From Octopus sinensis (taxonomy: Eukaryota): 64,000 bases of DNA. Location: the NCBI RefSeq assembly GCF_006345805.1, contig NC_043001.1:50406001-50470000 (forward strand). The letters run 5' to 3'. Positions 52,769 through 64,000 of the stretch are shown here, piece after piece. Made by a program: the position numbers and the translations under genes. The notes below the pieces were generated by a model. That model was not told the origin of the DNA, ran no database searches, and was given only the letters and a program-made list of their open reading frames with translations. Numbering within the stretch: position 1 is the first letter of the stretch; the number at the start of each line of letters is the position of its first letter.

Positions 52769-53731
52769 TATATAATATATATAAATATATATATATATAC
52801 AGATAAAGAGAGAGAGGGGGGAAAATAGAGGGAGACTACTGCACCGGTTGGTTGTCATGGCGCTTTAAAAGTTTTATTTTCTTTTAGATAGACCACGTGG
52901 ATATATGTGTATGCTGTGTGTATGTGTGGTGTTTGTGTGTATGTGAATGTGTATGTATGTATAAATACACGCGAGCACACACGCACACATACACGCACAC
53001 ACACATACACATACACACACACAAAACTACATTTTAACTTTTGCCTTCTGCTTTATATTGAAGACCAAGAATCTTTTTTTCTAGATGCAATAGAGATTTC
53101 AAAACTTTAATTGGATTTAATTGCGTGCGTGCGTGCATGTGTGTGTGTCTGTGTGTGTGTGTAACACTCAGGTGTCAGTATACATCGGGGTTACTAAATG
53201 TAGTGGTAAGATGTAAAGGGTCACCATATGTAGTGTACGAATGTAAGGTTCTCATGTCGGAGGTACCAATCGTATCGTACAAATGAAAAGTTACTTGACG
53301 TTGAAATACACTTGTTGTGCCGCGTCGAAAGCAGGATGAAACATCGAAGAGAAAAGGAATAATATTCTCCAATTTATTTGCCAGCAGCTGTTAGCTAAAT
53401 ACACATAGTAGTAATTGAAAGTAGTGCTGATAGCTCGCTAGTAGTTGGTAGTGTGTGATCTGTGCGTTCTGCTGACAGAGAGGAAGAAAGAGTATGTTGT
53501 TCCTTTCCATTCGGTCGATGCTATGCTGTACTATGAACCAATTGAGCCTGGTTGGAGGTCTGCTAACCGAAAAGGATGAGAGAGATATAATCTCAGTTAT
53601 ATAGAGTACGGCCAGGAAGTTGGTCAAGCCTAAAACAATGGACTGACCCTTCCATGAGCAGCAAAGGCCTTTGGCGGTCATGTGTTTCTCATTAATCTCC
53701 CAGCATGGAGATAAAACACAAAGGAATCAGA

Positions 53732-54113
53732 CAGGAGTGGTTGTGTGGTAAGTAGCTTGCTTACCAATCACATGGTTCCGATTTCAGTCCCACTGCGTGC
53801 CACCTTGAGCAAGTGTCTTCTACTATAGCCTCGGGCCGACCAAAACCTTGTGAGTGGATTTGGTAGACGGAAACTGAAAGAAGTCCGTCGTATATATTTA
53901 TATATATATATGTGTGTGTGTTTGTGTGTGTGTGTTTATGTATCTGTGTCCCCCCCCCCCAACATCGCTTGACAACCGATGCTGGTATGTTTGCGTCCCC
54001 GTAACTTAGCGGTTCGGCAAAAGAGACCGATGGAATAAGTACTCGGCTTACAAAGAATAAGTCTTGGGGTCGCTTTGCTCGACTTAAGACGGTGCTCCAG
54101 CATGGCCGCAGTC
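53732..54113 (+). mobile_element. SINE family A
   Basis: Head GGAGTGGTTGTGTGGTAAGTAGCTTGC, with the same body as 1779-2198. Confidence 0.88.
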
Positions 54114-54440
54114 ATTCATATATATATATGACTCTCCGCAAATCCCAGTTTTTATTTAATTTGTTTTGCGGGAGCAACTATTTTGACGAAGACGCATCTT
54201 GTCCTAGTGCTTGAAATGCGGAGTAGATAAAACAGCGGACAACTGATGAAGGGGTTGTTCTTTATGTTGCCTCTCTTATTTTTCTATGCGTTTCTTCGTT
54301 GTTCGCAAAAAAAGTTCCTTCTTCATGTTTTCGTATTTCGTGTTCTCGTTTTTCATGTTTACGTTTTTTGTGCATATGTATATACATATACGTGTAAGTA
54401 TGTACATGTATGTATGTATATATGCATATATATATATAGC

Positions 54441-54477
<37 letters not shown>

Positions 54478-54548
54478 AATGGCATGTATACATATATATA
54501 TATATATATATATTATGCATGCATATGCTTATACGCACACAAACACAC

Positions 54549-54595
<47 letters not shown>

Positions 54596-55689
54596 TGTAT
54601 ATTATATTATATTATATCATATCAATATTATATTATACTATATTATATTATATATGTGCATGAGTGTATGCATGCATATATATACGTACAGGTGTATTCG
54701 GGAATACTGTAGAAAGTGCCTTTATGAAACGTATATGTCTGAATTACCAAGAGCAGATATCTTCACTTAGCTGGGTTGCGTTGTCTACATACACACGACA
54801 GGAATATTGGGTACAAGTGTCCCTACACGGAGTCTTGATATTCAATATTCAAATAATATTGTTGCGGTGTGCAGATTATACCGAACTAGCAAGGTGCCTT
54901 AATGTAAGTACCTAATTCAACTGAATCTTAATTATATTTTATATACGGGCAAGATATAAAATGCAGGCCTCCATCTCAAACTACTCATCGAGTATTTTAA
55001 TAATCAGTCCTAAACCAATTTTATGTACGGAATACGGGCGTAATTATCTAAATGTGGTTTACACGTAAACTTATAAGTTTCAAAATACAATAAAAGAAGT
55101 TGAACGATTTATATAAAAATTAACAGAAATATTAACCAAAGGGCCCTCCTTTTTTTTTTAACCGGAGACAGAAGTTCCCCTCATCCCTTAAAAAATTAGT
55201 TTCCGTAGCCCAGCTGTTTCCCCCTCTCGCACGAGCCTACATATAGCCCCAGGTCAGCTCTGATTGTGCAAACCACTGCTGTATAGGTAGATGGAAGGCC
55301 GAAGAGACACGGTCTAAATCAGGAGACCCAAGTCTTTGAATAAACCATACCCCTGTCTAATTGGGAATCCAATACTACATAATCAGATTTACTGTGGGTG
55401 ATTAATTGTTTTGTAACGCTGCAGTGTGGATATGCTCTCAGCATTCAACTGTTTGTCATACATACATACATGCATGCATACATGCATGCATACATACATA
55501 TATACATACATACATACATTATTCTATAATTATATACATAATTATAACAAGGTGTCAGCTATGTGCCTCGCCACGTACTGAATTAGAAATAGAGCTAATG
55601 TCTTTCTTACTATCATAAAATCTCCGAGAAAATAACACACTTTTAATGTAAGCAAAAGAAAAATGATGAATTAACAAGGCCGTGGTTAA

Positions 55690-55749
55690 TTAGGGACGCG
55701 TTTTGAACTTAAAGTAAAGTATAATTACCCAGTGTTCTCTTCAGCTTAA
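55690..55749 (-). ncRNA. Hammerhead motif with a G12->A core mutation
   Basis: TTAAG-CTGAAGA-GAAC(long loop)GTTC-AAAAC(GC)GTC^CCTAA. Confidence 0.55.
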
Positions 55750-55842
55750 TATTCTAGATAAATTCACGGTGTTTTTAAATATGCATGCGATCAAGCGACA
55801 TCACATGCATATTTAAAAACACTCGTGAATTTATCTGGAATA

Positions 55843-55892
55843 TTAAACTGAAGAGAACAATAGGTAATTATGTTTTACTTAAAGTTCGAAAC
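55843..55892 (+). ncRNA. Hammerhead motif split by a SINE insertion
   Basis: CTGAAGA-GAAC(loop)GTTC-GAAAC, then the SINE; the remainder CGCGTCCCTAA resumes at 56151. Confidence 0.55.
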
Positions 55893-56140
55893 ATTAGTGG
55901 TTAGGGTGTCGGCATCATGATTGTAAGATTGTGGTTTCGATTCCTGGACCGTGCGACACGTTGTGTTCTTGAGCAAAACACTTCATTTCACGTTGCTCCA
56001 GTCCACTCAGCTGGCAAAAATGAGTAATCCTGCGATGGACTGGCGTCCCATCCAGGTGAGGAGCACATACGCCATGGAAAGCGGGAAACCGGGCCCATGA
56101 GCCTGGCGAGGCTTTAAAAGGGCACATTTATTCTATTTTT
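55893..56140 (+). mobile_element. SINE family C, 5'-clipped, with a 9-bp TSD
   Basis: AAGTTCGAA at 55882-55890 and 56141-56149; core TTGTGTTCTTGAGCAAAACACTTCATTTCACG. Confidence 0.88.
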
Positions 56141-56403
56141 AAGTTCGAAGCGCGTCCCTAATTAATCACGGCCTTGTTAATTCATCAGTTTTCTTTTGCC
56201 TACATTAAAAGTGTGTTATTTTCTCGGAGATTTTATGGTAGCAAGAAAGACATTAGCGTCTATTTCTAATTCAGTACGTGGCGAGGCATATAGCTGACAC
56301 CTTGTTATAATTATGTATATAATTATAGAATAATTTGGGAAATTTACCTAAAAGGATTTTTTTTATTTACGTACTAGCTACCTGGTAAAATTATTACTGA
56401 TTT

Positions 56404-56440
<37 letters not shown>

Positions 56441-56441
<1 letters not shown>

Positions 56442-56758
56442 CTGGCACTCCGTCAGTTGCGACGACGAGGGTTCCAGTTATCTGATCAACGAAACAGCCT
56501 GCTCGTGAAATCAACGTACCTGTGGCTGAACACTCCACAGACACATGTACCCTTAACGTAGTTCTCAGGGAGATTCAGCGTGACACGGTGTGACAAGGCC
56601 GGCCCTTTGAAATACAAGTACTATTCATTTTTGCCAGCTGAGTGCGCTGGAGTAACACGAAATAAAGTGTCTTGTTCAAGGATACAACGCGTCACCGGGA
56701 ATTGAACTCGCGACTTTACAATCGTGAGTCGAATACCCTAACCTCTAAGCCACGCGCC

Positions 56759-56760
<2 letters not shown>
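56441..56760 (-). mobile_element. SINE family C variant with a different 3' part
   Basis: Reverse-strand head GAAGGCGCGTGGCTTAGAGGTTAGGGTATTCG and B-box GAGTTCAATTCC. Confidence 0.75.
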
Positions 56761-56794
<34 letters not shown>

Positions 56795-57629
56795 CCAGGT
56801 ATATACATACATAACATGATTAAGAAGAATAAGGAAAGTCGAGAGACGAAAGAATGCCCAAGAACAACAGTAACAACGACGAGCAGGTACCTAACAAAGG
56901 AGACCCTGTGTGTTCACTCGGTCAGCTAAAAACAGCAACCTAACGTCCCTCAAATGACAGTCGACCGTCTTTTGATAGAAAATAGAAAGACACAATGGAT
57001 AATGTAGTCCAAGGTACAGTACACCTATAATAACAAGATAAGATGACCACAACTGGAATGGCTTTGATTATGGGTGACGCTGAATCAAAGCTGGCTTAGA
57101 GTTAAGCAATAAAAACGACAATAACAAAAACATAGCAGGTGAGCTAACGAATGATTCTCTATATCATTGATACTCAAGCGGATCCATATGGACTTTGGGG
57201 GTCCCTATAAGATTTGTTGTTAAAATTGATGTGCAAGAAACTGTTTATGTTTCTACAATACACAGAATAATTTAACCATTTTTATACAATTCTTAATTAT
57301 ATTTAATCATGAAAATATAATAGGAGTTTTTAGACATCGAATGGCTTTGAGAGTCCTACCTCCCTTGGTAAAATGGGAATCAAAGGGGTTCATAATAAAA
57401 TGTGGTTGATAACAACTGCTCTATGTGGTCAATATACTTGCTAGAAATAGCAGCCAAACCTCCCATCCGTAAATAAATAAAATGCACTCTTGAATATTTA
57501 GTTCTAGATATGCACCCCTCAAAAATGTGATGATTACAACTGGTTCTGCTAGGCGTCAAACCGTGTGTTAAACAATAAGAACAAAAACAACGGCAGCAGC
57601 AAGAGGAACAGCAGCAACAACATAGAGAA

Positions 57630-57675
<46 letters not shown>

Positions 57676-57715
57676 AAGGAAACAAATAAAACAAAGGGGA
57701 ACTACAAAAACTTAC

Positions 57716-57781
57716 TTCTATTCTCCAGATCTCCAATCCCGGCTGTTTACCGCTTTCATTGAAAGCTTCGTCACACGGCAT
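57716..57781 (-). CDS. Gelsolin/villin-family protein, coding exon 1 (MPCDEAFNESGKQPGLEIWRIE)
   Basis: ATG at 57781; 66 nt; ends GAA|GTAAGT (phase 0); typical G1 start AF..aGK.pGLEIWRIE. Confidence 0.95.
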
Positions 57782-58390
57782 TGTAGCACAAATAAAAACG
57801 CATCTACATTAAAAAAAAACCTTACTGGTAAGAAATCCTGTATATTAGAATACAAATACTCTGCACTGGTTCTCTTTTGTACTCTCTGGTACTCAATTCT
57901 CGGTACTTCCTCCCTGATTAAAGCAGTCACTGTGCATGCATCGCTGTAGTTTTTATTCTATCAATTTACTTTCATTTGTGAAAGAGAAAGAAGAAACGTG
58001 AGTGAGTGAGAGATATACAAAGATGAGAGATAAAAGGGAGTGAGATAGTGACAAACAGAGAGAGAGAGAGAGGGATGAGAGTATGTATGTGTGTGTGGGG
58101 GGTGCGTGTAAGTGTGCGCATATACCTCTATGCGTATGCATGTCCTAAATATGTGCGTGGATGGATCGATTGGTGGAGTTTTGAGATCCAAAAACCAATT
58201 ACGTTGAATGTTGTCACAAGTACCTACTGATATTCTGGAAATCATGGGATAAGTCTAATCCATATCTATAAATACTTAAATGTGGCTCTATGAGTATATG
58301 TGTGCATGTTTGTGTATGAGTGTGCATAATTGTGTGTGTATATATATAATATATATAATATATCTATATATATCTATATATATATATATC

Positions 58391-58502
<112 letters not shown>

Positions 58503-58601
58503 AATATAATATATATATAATAATGGCGATTTGACGTCTATATCTAGCATGTTGACTGTCCACTTTTCGTGTTCAGTCCTTAATTGGTATATATATATAT
58601 A

Positions 58602-58652
<51 letters not shown>

Positions 58653-58735
58653 TTTTACTTGTTTCAGTCATTTGACTGCGGCCATGCTGGAGCACTGTAT
58701 ATACATATATATTTAAATAAATCTCTCCGTCTCTC

Positions 58736-58970
<235 letters not shown>

Positions 58971-59767
58971 TATGTATGTATGTGTGTGCGCATGTGGCAG
59001 ACCGGAATTGTAAGAGAACACGGTCTTTCTTGATTGTTTATTCAATAACAAAACAAAATAAAAAAACATCTGGGTCTTCTGCTTTAGGTGTTTCTTTATA
59101 TATATTTTTCTTTCTTTTTTTTGTATTGTGTATTTTTTATAAATTCACACGCACGAGCACGGTTTTTTTTTTTCTTTTCTTCCTTTCTTGCTCTTTCTTA
59201 CATCTTTCTAATTTATTTCAGTCTTTCTTTCCGCCATATTTTATTTACTTGTATTTTTATTTCAAATTATTAATTTCTACAGTTTTACATTGTGGGGCGT
59301 TGGTCCCTAATTTGAATCGGATTTGTTCAAATCCCCGACGCCATTTATTGGCAGAAAATTATACGATAATGACTGCTTCCCTTATTTCTCTTTAAAAGAC
59401 CAGTTTCTCAACATTGTTAGCCTGAAATTCGTATCAGCTGAACTTTGACAACCTGAAGACGATACCATTGCGCAAAACATTTCATGAAGGCGAAAGATGT
59501 GCATTTTAAACTCTTACCGACCAAGTTACACGATGTTGTTCCCTCCCTACAAGGATGTGTCCTTTCAACTGTTCAAATTAATTTAAAATGCTGTACAGAT
59601 TCTGGATACAGTTTTCCAAGATGTTATTGATGAGATATTCCATGGCGGATAACAAACTGGACAATTCAAGTATAAATGCTAAAAAACGACTTGGCGAAAA
59701 CCCCTGTATTGAAGAGATCGTTCTTCCTTTTGTGACAAAACACCGATGGAGGAAAGTAACTGTTTTA

Positions 59768-59834
59768 CAGGGTGCACCAGAAATAACTATCTATATATAG
59801 TCAATTCATAGATAATTAATTCTTGGACACCCTC
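59768..59834. mobile_element. Tiny Tc1-like MITE
   Basis: Imperfect 26-bp TIRs CAGGGTGCACCAGAAATAACTATCTA / TAGATAATTAATTCTTGGACACCCTC; TA flanks. Confidence 0.45.
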
Positions 59835-59987
59835 TATAGTATGTGTTACTCTATAACATGTAATAGTCGTTACTCTAACGCGTAATAGACGTTACTTTAA
59901 CACGTAACGATTTTTAGCTATTGTAATTTTGCAATTATTAAGAAGTGACTTCAAAATTCGATCTGCTATATAAAAACTCGTATATGC

Positions 59988-60015
59988 ATGGCTGTGTGGT
60001 AAGAAGCTTGCTTCC
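59988..60015 (+). mobile_element. SINE family A head remnant (insertion target)
   Basis: ATGGCTGTGTGGTAAGAAGCTTGCTTCC, then an abrupt switch to the Tx1-like 3' fragment. Confidence 0.7.
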
Positions 60016-60599
60016 ATACAGAATAAAATTTTTAAAAATTGAAAGGAAGAGCCGGTGGGAGGGGCTTCTGTCCTGCACGGAGGACCCTGAGTGGCCTTCG
60101 CATGTGGCTGCGGAGGTCTTATGGGATAATGATCTGTGCAGGATCATGAATTCCTTCCCAGCGGACTCCTATAGATATATGGCTATGTAGCCCGGCCTGG
60201 AACCGGGTAGATGCTTCGATGAAGCAAGGAGCCTGGTCGGACGGAAAACTTGAAGTATTGGACGTTTGGACTCAAAAAGAGTCTACAAAATGTAAAAAAA
60301 AATGAGAGGTTTATTGCCTCGTGTATGTGACTTTTTTTGCAATATTGAACTATGTACGAGGTTTATAGCCTCATTGTGCTTTAAAAAGAAAGAAAGAAAA
60401 AAAAGAATTCTGAACTATGTAAGAAGTTTATTGCCTCATTGTGTTTTTTATAAAAAAGAAAAAGGAACAATGTTTTAGAGAAGCGAAAGTCGGCGGGCGC
60501 TTTTCGTCCTTGCATCATTATCATTCATCCCATTAATGTCTGTGTCCATCCCGCAAGCTTCTCTCTGTGTGCTGCCCTTGTGGCAAATTAAATGAAATA
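60016..60599 (+). mobile_element. 5'-truncated copy of the ORF1-only Tx1-like element
   Basis: Direct repeat of 62073-62633, including the same 3' terminus ...GCCCTTGTGGCAAATTAAATGAAATA. Confidence 0.8.
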
Positions 60600-60614
60600 A
60601 AGTAGCTTGCTTCC

Positions 60615-62633
60615 GGTTCCAGTTGTTCAGTGTTCTTCTCTGTACCCTTGAAGTCGTCACGCTGGTGTGCAGCTGGCGAAAATTGAATTGAAAGACGCTC
60701 TACCGTAAGGTAAGACTTTTTGCTGTTTGAGTCCAGTAGGATTTGTTGCCTGTAGGTTTAACTTTTTTGAACAAGCAAGAGTCCTTACTGGATTCAGAGC
60801 TTTTTGTCTGCCTTGCAGTGGAGACGTGTGTGTGTTATCACATAATTGTGAGAAATTGTTGAATTATCTGTGGATTATTGGCCAGGAGTACCTTTCGGCC
60901 GAAAATTAATTTCTTTGCCAGGATTTGAACTCTTTTTCACAGCTATCATTTATTTAAAAAAAAAAGAACTTTATTTGAACTGTTATTTTTATTTTTTTCT
61001 TCCCTTCTGTTATGTCTTTCTTTGTTTTTTTTTGTGTCTTTCTTCCTTTTACACTCTATTTTGAACTGTATTTAAACTTTTGTTAAAATGGCAAAGGAAT
61101 TAGCAGTGTGGGAATTAACACCTCCCAAAACATGGATAAAAGAGCTCGAAAGGAAGACGGTGGTATTGAGGACTTATTCAAAGTCGCTAGATACCATAAC
61201 TGTCTTCCCGAATGCCACAATTCTGAAGGAGCTGGCAGAGTACATGCCAGCCATTACATTTATTTCACGGAGAGTCAAATATGCAACGGTCTGGTTGCTA
61301 TTTGACCCCCCCCCCACAAGAAGCTTGCGATTTTGCAAGCCAGCCCCTGGAGGGCAAGGAAATTATGTTTCTTCCCAGTTATTGTGGGAAGAAGTTAAAG
61401 AGGGCTTGGATTTGCGGTTTGCCACCCGGAATTGAGCCCGAGTGGATAGAGGACTCTATCCGCCGGGGTCTGGGTGATAGCAGTACCAAGCTACTCAATG
61501 TGAAAATTTTGCCTGCGGCTGATTGGGAGGGGTCAAAAGCTGTTTTGACCCTAGGACCCAATCAGCCGAAAGTCTGGTTTTTCCAGATTTTTTGAGGATG
61601 GCCGGGTCTAGGTATCCGGTGATGCTCAAGGGACGCCCTCCCCCCAAGTGCCACCTGTGCCTGGAGACTGGCCACATCAAGAAAAACTGACCCAAGGACC
61701 AAAATAGGATCCTGGAGCAGCTAATAGAGGAATCACTCCCTGCTCCCTCAATGGAGGGAGAGAAGGAGGAGGATGACGACGAGGTTTCCACCTCCTCGGG
61801 AAAACGAAAGCGAAAGGTGAGCAACAATCGTTGCCCACCGAAGGACCCGAGGGCTGCGGGAGAAAAGGAGGACCTGTTGTACACACCAAAGGAACCCCCC
61901 TCCCGTGGCCCAAGGGAAAAAGAAAAGAAAAAAGAAAAACGGGACATTGCCGGCGGGTTGTGACACGCTGCCGGCGGGTTGTGACACGCTGCCGGCGTGT
62001 CCCGATTCTCCTTCGGTGGGTGTGCCGCTGGAGGATGAATTTGTGGTCCTCTTCTACAAGGGAGGAACTGTGCAGAATGAAATTTAAAAAATTAAAAGGA
62101 AGGGCCGGTGGGAGGGGCTTCTGTCCTGCACGGAGGACCCTGAGTGGCTTTCGCAGGTGGCTGCGGAGGTCTTATGTGCAGGATCATGAATTCCTTCCCA
62201 GCGGACTCCTATAGATATATGGCTGTGTAGCCCGGCCTGGAACCAGGTAGATGCTTCGATGAAGCAAGGAACCTGGTCGGGCGGAAAACTTGAAGTATTG
62301 GACGTTTGGACTCAAAAAGAGTCTACAAAATGTAAAAAAAAATGAGAGGTTTATTGCCTCGTGTATGTGACATTTTTTTTAATATTGTGCTCTAAAAAGA
62401 AAAAAAGAAAGAATTCTGAACTATGTAAGAGGTTTATTGCCTCCTTGTGTTTTATAGAAAATAAAAGAAAAAAGAAAAAGAACAATGTTTTAGAGAAGCG
62501 AAAGTCGGCGGGCGCTTTTCGTCTTCCCTCATCCTTATCATCCTTGCATCATTATCATTCATCCCATAAATGTCTGTGTCCAACCCGCAAGCTTCTATCT
62601 GTGTGCTGCCCTTGTGGCAAATTAAATGAAATA
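60615..62633 (+). mobile_element. ORF1-only (HAL1-like) L1/Tx1-derived retroelement
   Basis: ~470-nt 5' region, ATG at 61088, and a frameshifted ORF1 homologous to the one at 15060-16010, with a gag-type knuckle CHLCLETGHIKKN* (last Cys mutated to stop). An acidic/basic tail is followed by a ~400-nt 3' UTR; no EN or RT. Confidence 0.7.
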
Positions 62634-62659
62634 AAGAAGCTTGTTTCCCGCGCATGCGT

Positions 62660-63835
62660 CGGTCTATGGACAATGGACAATGGCAAAAATTTTGTCAAGG
62701 CATTTATGCAGGTTGGTACAAAAATTGAATTCTTGCCAGACATTCCTGAGGCTACTGCCTATCCGGACATAGAGGGCGCCGAGGATATGGACCTGGACGT
62801 GGATCCCGAGGCTGGGGATGTGGATGAAGTTGATTACACCTCTGTTCATGCCGTCCTTGACGAGTCCAGAGGCCTGACATGAAATGCGCTGTCCATACCT
62901 TCAACTAAGTAGCTAGCATGGATGCCGACAAGGCTCTTGACAGCGGTTCATTCAAGTCGGCCGACAGGCAGGCCATGTCCAAGACACAGCGACTGTGGAA
63001 TCTGCAGAGCCGCGACTCGGTGGTGCCAGATAGCATTCTGGACGCGTTGAAAAGGAGGGTAGTGATCCCCAACGGTACCAGATTGAACTCTACTTATGAC
63101 TCTGTTTTCCTCAACAGCCTGCTGGAGAAGAATAGGGGAGCTGTCCACAGAGTGATAATACAGCTGAATCTGCGGACCTTCTCTGATTCTGATGTCGGCT
63201 TCCTGAGAGAGTACGCCCAGGTGACGTCTAATGTTGCCAAGGCCTTGGATAAAATCCAGCGGAAGGACCAGACCTATCTCGGGAGCCTTCTGCCAACTGT
63301 AGCGGCTACCATCATGAAGTTGAAGGAGGTCAAGTTCAAACATCTATACTGCAGCCCTCTGGTAGACGTGATACTGGCAGGCATCACGAAAAGGTTTGGG
63401 CTCCTCCTAGAAGATCTGGAGTGCTAACTGGCCGCTGCCTTTCACCCCAAGTTTCACCTGTTCTGGTTGGAGCAGTATAACAGCCAGGTTAGCAGAGTAA
63501 CGAACGCCATAGAGACCCTAATGGAGACCAATGAGGGCAGCAGCACCACCAACAATGAGGATGAAGAAGATGATTTCTTCAGCAACATTACTCGGTTCCG
63601 GGAGATTAGGAGCCAGAGGTCACTGAAGTCCAAGGCGCAGAACTTGGCGAAGACCTGGCTGGAAGCTTGTCTCGAAGGAAGTCCTTACTGAAGTCGCCTT
63701 TTTGGGTGAACAGGTCTTGATCGACCTGTTCACCAAGTATAACACCGCCATCCCATCCAGTGCTGCAGCTGAGCGCCTATTCTCTATAGTCAAAGATATT
63801 TTTAGGGCCAAGCGAGCCACCTTGTCAGATGGTAA
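62660..63835 (+). mobile_element. hAT (Ac/ZBED-like) transposase fragment, pseudogenised
   Basis: TMDNGKNFVKAF, KCAVHTFN (CxxH), TRLNSTYD, and C-terminal [17 protein letters not shown]. Confidence 0.88.
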
Positions 63836-64000
63836 CTGTTATATCCTTATAGATAAATGAATACACTGCAACAGTGCTATAACAATATAATTGAAATAAA
63901 TAGCAGTAACCACACGGAACGTAACAATAATTTTTAAGAACCAACAATCCAACAGACTAACACGAACTGTGAACTTTGAACTCCAACTTTAAACTATCAA

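Larger units (their letters stand above)
55519..56333. mobile_element. Large foldback element interrupted by a SINE
   Basis: 55519-55785 is the reverse complement of 55805-55890 plus 56141-56333. Confidence 0.9.

Noticed and set aside
54180-54275. TTGACGA...GAAATGCG and CTGATGAAGGGG motifs
   Set aside because: Stems are incomplete; cannot be called a hammerhead.
57380-57715. C-terminal part of the 133-aa ORF 57380-57781
   Set aside because: Read-through into intron 1 after the GTAAGT donor; only the first 22 codons are gelsolin-like.

Overview
Eukaryotic, very AT-rich and microsatellite-dense DNA. The SINE heads and repeat landscape resemble an Octopus-type cephalopod genome, which is inference and not verified. 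The window holds one host gene: a gelsolin/villin-family actin-severing protein on the minus strand. Seven coding exons were read directly (57781-57716, 40164-40096, 13160-13089, 10443-10366, 7351-7299, 5789-5684, 1235-1125). All have GT-AG boundaries and compatible phases. They join to 185 aa covering domain G1 and most of G2, and the gene continues past position 1. Introns 1 and 2 are 17.6 kb and 26.9 kb. The rest is mobile DNA: a Penelope-like element plus a relic, five R4/Dong-type RLE LINE pieces, two L1/Tx1-type derivatives, an RTE 3' end with three C2H2 fingers, three mariners, two hAT relics, MITEs, three tRNA-SINE families and several long foldback elements. Three observations stand out. 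(1) Three foldback elements with different sequences each carry a divergent pair of minimal type-I hammerhead ribozyme motifs. (2) An ORF1-only (HAL1-like) Tx1 derivative appears to have inserted twice at the same 15-bp site in a SINE head. (3) A covarying 3' stem-loop is shared by the Tx1-like LINE, the ORF1-only element and one SINE subfamily. Coordinates of degraded repeats are approximate; no databases were searched.
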